From the NCBI GenBank assembly GCA_030603365.1, contig JAUVXV010000012.1, forward strand, positions 1-64,000: a stretch of 64,000 nucleotides of DNA, read 5' to 3'. A model generated the notes under the pieces. That model was not told the DNA's origin. It did not search any database and was given only the letters and a program-made list of their open reading frames with translations. The position numbers and the translations under genes were made by a program. This document shows positions 17,793 to 27,196 of this stretch, in pieces; position 1 is the stretch's first letter, and every line of letters begins with the position of its first letter. The stretch comes from Candidatus Heimdallarchaeota archaeon (GTDB lineage Archaea > Asgardarchaeota > Heimdallarchaeia > Heimdallarchaeales > Heimdallarchaeaceae).

Positions 17793-18695
17793 ATGGGAAC
17801 TAGAAAACAACCAGTTAATTTTGTGATACTAGGTTTAGAGAATGCAGGAAAAACCACTCTATTAAGAAATATCTCAGGCAAAGAATTTGCTGAGACTTTC
17901 ACCACCATTGGTATGAATATCGAGCAGTTAAGACACAAAGGACTGAATTTTCAAGCAATTGATATCGGAGGACAACTTCATTTTCGTGAAACACTGTGGC
18001 AATATTACACGACTTTAGCAAAAGGTGTTATTTTTGTATTTGATATTTTTGACAGGAAAAAATTCTTCGAAGCAAAACAATGGTTTGAATACATATCAGA
18101 AAGACTCGCCAAAAAAGCAGTTCTAATGTTTCTAGCTAACAAAGTAGATCTGAAAGATGAAGATGACACATATCTAACAACTGAAGAAATAATAACTATG
18201 TTTAAACTTGATAATGTCTCCAAATATCCTGAAAGATCCTTTAGAATATGGGAAACATCAGCTAAAACTGGTGAAAATGTAAATGATGCAATTTCATGGA
18301 TGTTCAATAAACTAGTGGAGTTTGTCAAAGAGGAGTCAAGAATCTCTTTTGTATTGATTTTAGATCAAAATAATAAAACCGTTTATAAGACATCTATTGC
18401 TGAAAAAACCGATGAATTTGAGAGAGTCATTAACAAAATCATCATTCAGATGAAAGTTCTTGGTGCAAATGAAAACATGATCTCAATACAAGATTATATC
18501 GCAAGTGTTAGAACAGAAAAAAATTACAGTGTAGTTGTTGGGGCTGAAAATGGAGTGTCCAAAGATGACCTTTCAACTGCAGCTCTATCTATAACTCAGC
18601 TAATAAAAAATAACTTTTATCCCCCTGAACAATTCAAAGAACAATTAGAAGAAGTTGTGAATATCGCTCTTCTTCAACAATTAAACAAGAAATAA
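17793..18695 (+). CDS. Arf-like small GTPase (Gln-type) with C-terminal longin-like domain
   Basis: GLENAGKT, TTIG, DIGGQ, NKVD, SAK; tail ISFVLILDQNNKTVY...YSVVVGAE...ITQLIKNNF. Confidence 0.92.
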   Translation: MGTRKQPVNFVILGLENAGKTTLLRNISGKEFAETFTTIGMNIEQLRHKGLNFQAIDIGGQLHFRETLWQYYTTLAKGVIFVFDIFDRKKFFEAKQWFEYISERLAKKAVLMFLANKVDLKDEDDTYLTTEEIITMFKLDNVSKYPERSFRIWETSAKTGENVNDAISWMFNKLVEFVKEESRISFVLILDQNNKTVYKTSIAEKTDEFERVINKIIIQMKVLGANENMISIQDYIASVRTEKNYSVVVGAENGVSKDDLSTAALSITQLIKNNFYPPEQFKEQLEEVVNIALLQQLNKK

Positions 18696-18708
18696 AGGTA
18701 TAGTTAAA

Positions 18709-19650
18709 ATGGAAAGAACAACTATAGCAATTACCGGGTTGCCGGGAGCAGGAAAAACATGTTTCACACAGAGACTTCTAACAGGAAATCACATTACATC
18801 CCAACCTACTTTTGGAGTGGATGTAGAATTTGCTTCTTATAAAGGTCTTCCTTTACAAATCTGGGATATGGGTGGACATTTGGCATTTAGAACACATATT
18901 TGGGAAAATTATATCAAAATGTCCTCTGGATTAATATATATTTTTGATGCTTCAGATTTATCCCAAATAGAAGAAAGTGCTGAATGGTTCTGGAAATGTT
19001 TCTCTTGGATAGAAGATAAGAAAGCCCCCATTTTGTTTTTAGCCAATAAATGGGATTTAGTTGAAGATGAAGAGAGAGTCATGAGTTCTATTGTTGAAGG
19101 ATTTAGATTAAATGAAATTGCGCTCAAATCACTTGATTCCCCTTTCAGATTTTTCTTTATATCAGTCAAAACAGGAGCATACTTCTCAGATGCTCTAAAT
19201 TGGTTAATTGTAAAACAATTTATCGAAAAACGAATAACCCATAACAAAATAATCTCATTGGATATTTTCGTAAAAATTGGAGACAGTTTAGCACATATTC
19301 ACGATAATTCTCAAGAAAGAAATGAAGTCCTGAATACTATTGACATATACAAAAAGAAATTTGAACAATCTGAAAGTGAGAAATTAAATCTACTGGAGGA
19401 GATTAGTTATGAAGGTTATAAAGTGCTTCATATATCTCATTCCTTTATGTCTCTTCTTGTAATATCCAAAGAGGATTTTATAGATAGAGCAGGATTTACA
19501 AACATTTTGGAAAAAATAGAAACAGAAAAATCATTTGAGGACATAAATGGGTTCTATACCCTATACGAAAGCGTAAAGAAATTAATCTCAAAGAATTTTC
19601 ACACAAAAATTTCATCCACACTCAGTTGTGACTTGTTAATTACTAATTAA
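18709..19650 (+). CDS. Arf/Sar-like small GTPase (His-type) with C-terminal alpha/beta domain
   Basis: GLPGAGKT, PTFG, DMGGH, NKWD, SVK. Confidence 0.9.
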   Translation: MERTTIAITGLPGAGKTCFTQRLLTGNHITSQPTFGVDVEFASYKGLPLQIWDMGGHLAFRTHIWENYIKMSSGLIYIFDASDLSQIEESAEWFWKCFSWIEDKKAPILFLANKWDLVEDEERVMSSIVEGFRLNEIALKSLDSPFRFFFISVKTGAYFSDALNWLIVKQFIEKRITHNKIISLDIFVKIGDSLAHIHDNSQERNEVLNTIDIYKKKFEQSESEKLNLLEEISYEGYKVLHISHSFMSLLVISKEDFIDRAGFTNILEKIETEKSFEDINGFYTLYESVKKLISKNFHTKISSTLSCDLLITN

Positions 19651-19685
19651 ATATGAGTTCAATTTGAAACTAAAAAGGATTTAAG

Positions 19686-19722
19686 TTTCGTTTTTTTTCT
19701 CTTTTTAAAGTATTTTTTTTTA
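19686..19722 (+). terminator. Poly-T archaeal terminator between convergent operons
   Basis: Two long T runs downstream of the stop at 19650. Confidence 0.5.
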
Positions 19723-19783
19723 GTAGGTTATATAGACACATATTTTGTAACTGACTATCAACGAGATTCATAATTAAGCTTTT

Positions 19784-20242
19784 TTATGATATTAAAGCAA
19801 TTACTTTTTTAACTGCTCCCTCTATCTCTTTAGAAGGGGCTTGCATAAATTCTACTGATTTAACCTGAGCTCCTATAAACAAGAACTCTTTTTTTTGAAT
19901 TTCAACTAACTCTTTTATCTGAGGTAAAGGAATTGAATGACTTGTTAAGGGTCTGATATAATCCGATATATCAGCTGTTACTAAAACTGAACCTGGTTTG
20001 GCACCATAATTTATAGCATCTATGATCACCACAGCATCATAGTTGTCCTTGCTTATTATGTCTACAAGAAAAATAGATATATCCTCACATTCTTCAGAAA
20101 AAACATTCTTTGGATATAACCTCACTAATTTATCTGAAACCATCAATCCAAAAGCATCATCTGCTCTATCTCTATTTCCAAAACAAAAGAAAGCAATTCT
20201 AGAAGGTTCAATTTTATGAAAAAAAGAGAGGGAAGGTGACAC
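19784..20242 (-). CDS. hycI: Hydrogenase maturation endopeptidase (HycI-like)
   Basis: GNRDRADDAFG, IIDA and TSHSIPL motifs; last gene of a hydrogenase operon. Confidence 0.85.
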   Translation of the reverse strand: MSPSLSFFHKIEPSRIAFFCFGNRDRADDAFGLMVSDKLVRLYPKNVFSEECEDISIFLVDIISKDNYDAVVIIDAINYGAKPGSVLVTADISDYIRPLTSHSIPLPQIKELVEIQKKEFLFIGAQVKSVEFMQAPSKEIEGAVKKVIALIS

Positions 20243-21532
20243 TTATTGTTTCACCAGTTTAACCATGTGACAGCTACAACTTATGCAAGGATCATATGCG
20301 CGTGCAATCATTTCTAATTGAAGTTCGGTATCAGGATGGTCTTCAGCAATCAGCTTCTCTGCTGCTTTCCAAATGAATTGTTCAACATCATCTAGGAATT
20401 GAGCAGTAGGAGTTATTATATCAGCTTTGACAATCTTTTCATCTTTGATTTCATAGGTGTGATATAAGGTGCCTCTTGGAGCTTCCACAGCAGCTGTGCC
20501 TTTTCCATCCATTTCGTAATCAGTTATTATTTCAGAATCTGGTAAAGCTTTGATTCGTTCTATCAATCCTGGTATTTGTTCAAAGCACCAGAGAGTTTCA
20601 ATTAATTGTGCCATATTGTTATAAATTGGATTAACTTTCCACTTATCATTGTAGTATTTGTCGAATTTCTCTTTTGCTTCTCCAGTAAGTCTGTCTCCAA
20701 TAAGGATTAATCTAGCTAATGCACCAACAGTAAATGGTTTATCGTTGTATTTTGATCTCTTAGCATAACTATGTTCTACAACTCTTTCATTTGTCAGTTT
20801 TTTATAATCCTCTACAGGATATTCTTCTCCTGTTGAGATAAGAATTGTTTCTCCTTCAAAACCAAATTTGCCATCAGCTGGATTGCAGCACATGAATTGA
20901 GTTTCTCTTTCACAATATTCTGGAATTGGTAATGTACCCCAAACATCAATGAAAGCAGAAACCTTTTCCTTAAATTCAACTGCTTTTTCCGCAAAATAAT
21001 CTAATTCTTCATCAGTTGGAACTCTTCCAAAACCGCCAATCAGAGCATTTTCTCCATGGATTTTTCTTCCATGAAGTAGTTTCATCAGTTCAGTTCCATA
21101 TTTCTTCATTACTACTGCTTCAACTACAGTGTCTGTATGAGTAGGAAGCATTGCAATAGCAGAAGCTTGTTTAAAGAAATCAGGTAGTGCAAGATAGTAA
21201 ACATGCAGTACATGGCTTTCTATATATTCTGCATAGTGCCAAAGGTGTCTAAGTAATTGGGTTTTTTCTGGAACTTTTACTTTGAGAGCTTTTTCAATCG
21301 CGCTAATTGAAGCATTTCTATGAGATACTGTACAAATTGCACAAATCCTAGCTACTAAAGAAATGTTTTCATGAATAGTTTTACCTCTAACAAGGGCTTC
21401 AATCATTCTTGGACCTTCGAAAATATCCACTAGAACTTTGTCTACTTTTCCATCTTTTGTATAGACTTGAATTCCCCCATCTCCTTCAACTCTAGCAAGC
21501 ACATCTACACTAATTGTTTTTTCACTCATCAT
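20243..21532 (-). CDS. hydA: Group 3b [NiFe] hydrogenase (sulfhydrogenase) large/alpha subunit
   Basis: ARVEG; L1 RICAIC; EAPRGTLYH; L2 DPCISCSCH with a short cleavable tail. Confidence 0.93.
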   Translation of the reverse strand: MMSEKTISVDVLARVEGDGGIQVYTKDGKVDKVLVDIFEGPRMIEALVRGKTIHENISLVARICAICTVSHRNASISAIEKALKVKVPEKTQLLRHLWHYAEYIESHVLHVYYLALPDFFKQASAIAMLPTHTDTVVEAVVMKKYGTELMKLLHGRKIHGENALIGGFGRVPTDEELDYFAEKAVEFKEKVSAFIDVWGTLPIPEYCERETQFMCCNPADGKFGFEGETILISTGEEYPVEDYKKLTNERVVEHSYAKRSKYNDKPFTVGALARLILIGDRLTGEAKEKFDKYYNDKWKVNPIYNNMAQLIETLWCFEQIPGLIERIKALPDSEIITDYEMDGKGTAAVEAPRGTLYHTYEIKDEKIVKADIITPTAQFLDDVEQFIWKAAEKLIAEDHPDTELQLEMIARAYDPCISCSCHMVKLVKQ

Positions 21533-22323
21533 TTTTCACCCTTTAAAGCTAGCTCTGTAGCTTCGCCTCCAAACATCATCAGCTTCCTTTTCGCATCTTC
21601 TTCAGTTAAACCGATTTCAATTAACTTCTCAATCATTGATTCGAAGTTCGCACCTTCGTATGCTCCAAAGCATCCAACACAAGGAACACCAAAGGTAGGA
21701 CAACAAGCATCACAACCTCCAGCTGTAACTGGACCTAAACAATATTCTCCGTGTAATAAGAAGCAATCATTCCCTTGGAATTTGCATTCAACGCACACAG
21801 GATAAGGATATTTAGAAGGTTTTAAGCCACTAATCAATTTAGTATATATTGGAATGAAATTTTCCTTAGCAACAGGACATCCTGGGATTGAAAAATCAAC
21901 TTCTATGAACTTATGAATAGGTTTTGCAGGAATTGGATTTCCTACTAATTCACTGAATTCAGGAATCTTTCCATCTTTACCATATACAAGCAGCATCCTT
22001 TCTTTGAATTCTTTTTCGTTATCACCAAGATATTGAATCCCGCCATGAGTTGCGCAGGTTCCAAGAGCTACCACAATGTCTGCCTTTTCTCTAATTTCTT
22101 TAAGTTCTGCAAGCTGTTTGTCAGTGTTAATACTACCCTCAACAAGAGCAATATCTACATGTTCAACCTCTTGATGGGATTGAGCCATATGGAAGAATTT
22201 TATATCAGCACTTGTAAAGAAATCAACCAATTCATCTTCCATGTGAAGTATAGCAAGTTGATCGCCAGCACAACCTGAAAATCCGAAAACACCTACAACA
22301 GGTTTCTTTTCTCTCTGCCACAT
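21529..22323 (-). CDS. hydD: Group 3b hydrogenase small/delta subunit
   Basis: GCAGDQ, VEGS, GTCA, PGCP, VCVEC, CLGPVT...CVGC. Confidence 0.9.
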   Translation of the reverse strand: MWQREKKPVVGVFGFSGCAGDQLAILHMEDELVDFFTSADIKFFHMAQSHQEVEHVDIALVEGSINTDKQLAELKEIREKADIVVALGTCATHGGIQYLGDNEKEFKERMLLVYGKDGKIPEFSELVGNPIPAKPIHKFIEVDFSIPGCPVAKENFIPIYTKLISGLKPSKYPYPVCVECKFQGNDCFLLHGEYCLGPVTAGGCDACCPTFGVPCVGCFGAYEGANFESMIEKLIEIGLTEEDAKRKLMMFGGEATELALKGEK

Positions 22324-22324
22324 C

Positions 22325-23179
22325 TTAGATCAGCTCCTTAATATGTTGAACATCATAATAGGTAAAAACTGGTCCTTCCAAACAGGTATATCTTCCACCT
22401 ATTGCACAATGTCCGCAATGCCCTTGTCCACATTTCATCCTTCTTTCTAAGGTCATCAAAATCTGGTCTTTTGGTATTTTCAGTTTAAGTAACTCTTGAA
22501 TAACATATTTATACATAATTGGTGGTCCGCAAATTATTGCAGTTGTTTTCTCGCTGACTATTCTATCTGCAATTTTAGGGAATAATGTAGTTACTACACC
22601 TTCATGGTAAGGCCATTCTCCAGTATCATCTTTATCAACAGATAAATGGGATTCTATGATCCCTCTTTGAGCCATAGCTATGATATCCTCTCTATATAAC
22701 ATATCAGCTGGACTTCTAGCGCCATTCAAGAAAAATACTTGATTAAATTCTTCTCTTCTGTCTTCTACGTAAAGAAGCACTGATCTTAATGGAATAGCTC
22801 CCAAACCACCCGAAACAATTATCAGATCCCTTTCCCTTAGACTCTCCATGTTAAATCCATCTCCATAAGGACCTCGTAAATGGACTGTATCACCTACTTT
22901 TAGTTTGAATAAAGCTTCTGTAAATGAACCTACCCTTCTCACTCCAAATTCAATGAAATCTGTTCTTGTTGGTGGCGAGGATATAGAGAATACTGCTTCA
23001 CCAACACCTGGTAAAGACATAATTGCAAATTGACCAGGTTTATAATCTTCTTCTATTATGCTTTCATCTAAGAATTTTACTTTGAAATATCTTGTATCTT
23101 CTGTTAAATCTTTCAAAGCAAGTATTTTTGCTGGTTGTGTTACGTAAGCATGATCTCCTTCTCTAGTTGTTATTGTCAT
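22325..23179 (-). CDS. hydG: Sulfhydrogenase gamma subunit (FAD/NAD(P)-binding, 2Fe-2S)
   Basis: PGQF, RGPYG, GGLG, CGPPIM, ERRMKCGQGHCGHC...C.EGPVF. Confidence 0.92.
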   Translation of the reverse strand: MTITTREGDHAYVTQPAKILALKDLTEDTRYFKVKFLDESIIEEDYKPGQFAIMSLPGVGEAVFSISSPPTRTDFIEFGVRRVGSFTEALFKLKVGDTVHLRGPYGDGFNMESLRERDLIIVSGGLGAIPLRSVLLYVEDRREEFNQVFFLNGARSPADMLYREDIIAMAQRGIIESHLSVDKDDTGEWPYHEGVVTTLFPKIADRIVSEKTTAIICGPPIMYKYVIQELLKLKIPKDQILMTLERRMKCGQGHCGHCAIGGRYTCLEGPVFTYYDVQHIKELI

Positions 23180-24222
23180 TATTCACAAACCTCCTGATTT
23201 TCACATACTTCTTCATACAGTGCTTCAGAAACTGTTATCACATTGATATTTACTGGACAATAGGTTACACATCTTCCACAACCAACACAGCTTGGTTGTC
23301 CCCATCTTCCGATGTATTCTTTCAATTTGTGAGTGTAATATAATTTCAAACGAGATGTTCTGTCTGGTCTGAAATCATGACCTCCCGCAACCATAGAATA
23401 ACAAGGAAGTGTACAACTATCTAGAATCCGCTCTCTAAATCCATCTTCTGTGTTCATACTTATTCTATCTTCAACATTGAAGCAATTACACGTTGGACAT
23501 ACTAGACTACATGTTCCACAAGATAGACATTTTTCGCCAAATTGATCCCATACTTTACTATCGTAATTCAGATGAATTATGTCTGCTAAGTATTTGAAAG
23601 AAGGTATTTCGCTCTTGAACATTTCTGACCTCTTTTGTTGCCATCTTACGTATTCTTGAATTTCTTCTTCTGAAATTTCTTCAGTTAGAAAATCTTCAGC
23701 TTCAATTGCAATACTTAGACCTTTGTCTGATCCTACCCACACAAGATAATGCCCTGCTAATTCTGTAAAGAACAAATCAAAACCGTCTTCTACCATATCA
23801 GTACCTGTTGATTTACAGATGCAATTATCATCAGGTAAGCATGAATGACCTATTATTATCAGATTATTTCTTCGTTTTTCGTAATATGGATCTTTTATGT
23901 TCCCTAGGAATAATCTATCCAGGATTTTAATTCCATGAATATCACAGGGATGTACTCCAATAACTATTTGAGGTTCATCACTGACAAATACATCAGCTTG
24001 ACCAGACTTATCATAACGAAGAGTAGGATATCTAGGTGGTGTAAGGAATTTTTTCGGACCTATTACAGTTCTTTGATAATCGAAATCAAGATCTTCAAAT
24101 TTCTCGATTTCTTCAAAGGAATATTTCCCGTTTCCCTTTACTGGTCCATAGAGCTGCCCTTTAGTTTTTATTAGCTCAATAAACTCTGGAAACCTATCCT
24201 TAGACATCTTATAAGTTTTCAT
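23179..24222 (-). CDS. hydB: Sulfhydrogenase beta subunit (AsrA-like 4Fe-4S protein)
   Basis: HPCD, CLSCGTCSLVCPTCNCF, CVGCGRCVTYCP. Start moved to ATG 24222, which lies about 28 bp after a TTATAA box. Confidence 0.88.
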   Translation of the reverse strand: MKTYKMSKDRFPEFIELIKTKGQLYGPVKGNGKYSFEEIEKFEDLDFDYQRTVIGPKKFLTPPRYPTLRYDKSGQADVFVSDEPQIVIGVHPCDIHGIKILDRLFLGNIKDPYYEKRRNNLIIIGHSCLPDDNCICKSTGTDMVEDGFDLFFTELAGHYLVWVGSDKGLSIAIEAEDFLTEEISEEEIQEYVRWQQKRSEMFKSEIPSFKYLADIIHLNYDSKVWDQFGEKCLSCGTCSLVCPTCNCFNVEDRISMNTEDGFRERILDSCTLPCYSMVAGGHDFRPDRTSRLKLYYTHKLKEYIGRWGQPSCVGCGRCVTYCPVNINVITVSEALYEEVCENQEVCE

Positions 24223-24533
24223 GTCAAGAGAATTTTTAACATAATACTTATAAGGTAATCTATAGGGATATCTGCTGAAAATGGAGAATTTTAGAGACAT
24301 GTAATCAAGCAATTTTGAGTTAAACTCCAAGATTTTTGACATTTACAAAATTTGCAAAAAAGTCTTATCTGTGTAAATTTTTGACACATAAATTAATACA
24401 AAACTGAGTTATTAATTGATTGAAATATGTATTAACAATACGTATGATACCTTGTACAATTGGTTTAAAACTTCCTTTAACAGCCTATATGTAGCGCCAA
24501 ATGTTTGTTTAATTATTCAAACATTTTATTTGT

Positions 24534-24719
24534 AAGAAAAACTTATAACACATTATATAGATGAACTTATTAATTAAACATCGATAGAATGCTTGAAAGA
24601 GCATCGAATATCCACTTTATGACACAAGTCACCTTTGTGTTATAAGCCCTGGAATTTCTTAGATTCCTTTGTTACTTCATTAGATTTACTAACCTCTATT
24701 ACTTCCTAAAGGTGAATAA
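24534..24719 (+). promoter_or_regulatory. BRE/TATA promoter and ~145-nt structured 5' leader of the mvh-flx-hdr operon
   Basis: AAGAAAAACTTATAA near 24534-24548; hairpins at 24589-24604 (GAAA loop), 24617-24645 and 24651-24667; AGGTGA SD before ATG 24720. Confidence 0.5.
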
Positions 24720-25733
24720 ATGAATAAAAAAGAAATTGAAGAGAAAAATAGTTCTGATAGTGATAGCAAGTTACAGCTAGCTTTTTATTGGGCTGCTAGC
24801 TGTGGTGGTTGCGAAATTGCTGTATTGGATATAAATGAAAAAATCTTGGATGTTGTTGCTATTGCTGACATTCTTTTTTGGCCTGTAGCGCTAGACTTCA
24901 AGTACAAAGATGTTGAAGCGATGGATGATAATCAAATAGATGTCTGTTTCTTTAATGGAGCTGTAAGAACTTCTGAACAAAAGCATCTAGCAGAATTGCT
25001 TAGAAAAAAATCGAAGACTATGGTAGCTTTTGGTGCTTGTGCAGTTAATGGAGGTATTCCAGGTTTAGCTAATTTAGCAAGTCGTGAGGAAATCTTTCAT
25101 GTCTCTTACCTTGAGAATCCTTCCACAGCTAATCCTCAAGGAACATTGCCTAAGACTGAAGTTGAAGTAAAAGAAGGAATTCTAACTCTTCCTGAATTTT
25201 ACGATGAAGTAAGGAGTCTCAACCAAGTTATTGATGTTGATTATTATTTGCCTGGTTGTCCTCCTCATCCTGATATGATCATGGCAACTATTGGTGCTAT
25301 TGCTGAAAATAATTTGCCTGAAAAAGGATCAGTAATAGGTCCATTAAAATCTGTTTGTGATGAGTGCAGATTTGAAAAAACAGACAAGAAAATTACTGAA
25401 ATTAAGAGAATCTATGAATTAGAAACAATTGAAGATAAATGCCTTTTAGAACAAGGTGTTATTTGTTTAGGTCCGGCTACTAGAGGTGGGTGTGGAGCTC
25501 AATGTATGGAAGCATTTATGCCTTGTACTGGTTGTGGAGGACCTACGCCAAATTCAATAGATCAAGGAGCAAGCATGATGTCAGCTTTAACTTCTATACT
25601 TGGTCTGGAAGGAGAGGAAGAGATGAAGGAAGAGGAAGTAGAGAAGCTAATTGAACAGATAGTAGACCCAGTTGGTACTTTTTACAAATATTGCTTACCA
25701 ACAGCTATAATCAATAGGAAGGCGAAAGAATGA
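24720..25733 (+). CDS. mvhG: Group 3c (F420-non-reducing) hydrogenase small subunit
   Basis: WAASCGGCE, GACA, PGCPP, VCDEC, CLGPATRGGC...CTGC. Confidence 0.93.
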   Translation: MNKKEIEEKNSSDSDSKLQLAFYWAASCGGCEIAVLDINEKILDVVAIADILFWPVALDFKYKDVEAMDDNQIDVCFFNGAVRTSEQKHLAELLRKKSKTMVAFGACAVNGGIPGLANLASREEIFHVSYLENPSTANPQGTLPKTEVEVKEGILTLPEFYDEVRSLNQVIDVDYYLPGCPPHPDMIMATIGAIAENNLPEKGSVIGPLKSVCDECRFEKTDKKITEIKRIYELETIEDKCLLEQGVICLGPATRGGCGAQCMEAFMPCTGCGGPTPNSIDQGASMMSALTSILGLEGEEEMKEEEVEKLIEQIVDPVGTFYKYCLPTAIINRKAKE

Positions 25734-27196
25734 AAAAAACTATTACAATTAATCCAATAACAAGATTAGAGGGACATGGAAAGATTGTCATCTTTCTTAA
25801 TGATGATGGGAATGTTGAAAACGTTTATCTCCAGATACCAGAATTGAGAGGGTTTGAACGCTTTGCTCAAGGTAGAAGAGCAGAAGATATGCCTCAAATA
25901 ACTTCTAGAATTTGTGGAGTATGTCCTGTAGCTCATCATTTTGCCTCGGCAAAAGCTTTAGACAGAGCATTTAATGTTGATCCCCCTCTGGTAGCTAAGA
26001 AATTAAGAGAGTTGATGTATTCTGGTTACTTTATTTATGATCACATTCTACACTTTTATTATCTAGGTGGTCCTGATTTTGTAGTTGGTCCAGATGCACC
26101 TGCTGCAAAAAGAAACATTCTTGGAGTAATTGAAAAAGCTGGTATAGAGATTGGAAAAGAGGTTATCAAACACCGAGCATATGGTCAGAAAATCACTGCT
26201 ATTTTAGGTGGAAAAGCAACTCACCCAGTTTGTGGATTACCTGGTGGAGTGTCTAAAGCTCTTTCCGCTGAAGAAGTTGATGAAATAAAAACGATGGTAG
26301 ACTCTTGTGTAGACTTTGCTCAATTCTCCTTAAAGCTCTTTGATGATATCGTTCTTCAAAATGAAGATTATGTTAATCTGATAGTAAGTGATCCTTATAC
26401 TCTGAAAACCTATAACATGGGTCTAGTAGATGAAAATAACCTTGTCAATTTCTATGACGGTCTTATCAGAGTTACTGATACAGTTGGAAAAGAGTTCCTC
26501 AAGTTTGATGTAAACGATTACTTTGAGCATATTGATGAACATGTTGAAGAATGGAGTTACATAAAATTCCCTTACCTAAAGAAAATTGGATGGAATGGTT
26601 TTGTTGATGGTCAAGATAACGGTGTATTTCGTGTAGGTCCATTGGGCAGATTAAACGCTGCTGATGGAATGGCTACACCTTTAGCTAATGATGAATACAA
26701 GAGAATGTATAAAACACTTGGAGGAAAACCTATTAATTCAACATTAGCTTTCCATTGGGCTAGATTAATAGAACTCTTGTATGCAACTGAGAGAGCTAAA
26801 GAACTAATCCATGAACCAGATATTACTTCTAAAGAAATTCGAAATCCAGTTGGTAAGCCAGGCGAAGGAATTGGTGTAACTGAAGCTGCTCGTGGAACAC
26901 TCATTCATCATTACAAACTTGATGAAAAGGGTTTGATAGAAAAAGCTAATCTGATTGTCGCTACAACCAACAATTCTGCTGCAATTAGTATGTCTATAAG
27001 AGAAGCAGCTAAGGGAGTCATTCGGAATGGTGAGATTAATGATGGAATACTCAACATGGTAGAAATGGCATTCCGAGCATATGACCCTTGTTTTGCTTGT
27101 GCAACTCATTCTTTACCAGGTAAGATGCCTTTAGAAGTGCAAGTATACTCGCATGATGCGAAACTAATCAAGACAATAAAAAGAGGAGGAGAGTAA
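25730..27196 (+). CDS. mvhA: Group 3c [NiFe] hydrogenase large subunit
   Basis: TRLEGHG; L1 RICGVCPVAH; L2 DPCFACATH with C-terminal extension; all ligands Cys. Confidence 0.95.
   Translation: MKKTITINPITRLEGHGKIVIFLNDDGNVENVYLQIPELRGFERFAQGRRAEDMPQITSRICGVCPVAHHFASAKALDRAFNVDPPLVAKKLRELMYSGYFIYDHILHFYYLGGPDFVVGPDAPAAKRNILGVIEKAGIEIGKEVIKHRAYGQKITAILGGKATHPVCGLPGGVSKALSAEEVDEIKTMVDSCVDFAQFSLKLFDDIVLQNEDYVNLIVSDPYTLKTYNMGLVDENNLVNFYDGLIRVTDTVGKEFLKFDVNDYFEHIDEHVEEWSYIKFPYLKKIGWNGFVDGQDNGVFRVGPLGRLNAADGMATPLANDEYKRMYKTLGGKPINSTLAFHWARLIELLYATERAKELIHEPDITSKEIRNPVGKPGEGIGVTEAARGTLIHHYKLDEKGLIEKANLIVATTNNSAAISMSIREAAKGVIRNGEINDGILNMVEMAFRAYDPCFACATHSLPGKMPLEVQVYSHDAKLIKTIKRGGE

Noticed and set aside
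17793-17810. Met-Gly start as an Arf-type myristoylation signal
   Set aside because: MGTRKQ lacks Ser/Thr at position 6 and an amphipathic helix, the other three GTPases lack Gly2, and N-myristoyltransferase is not established in archaea.
24223-24342. 40-aa N-terminal extension of the hydrogenase beta subunit in the ORF track
   Set aside because: It spans the likely TATA box; ATG 24222 fits the family start better.
24370-24388. Imperfect palindrome TGTGT-N9-ACACA as a Rex operator
   Set aside because: Spacing and core do not fit TTGTGAA-N4-TTCACAA, and there is only one copy in AT-rich DNA. It could still be some operator, but I cannot support that.
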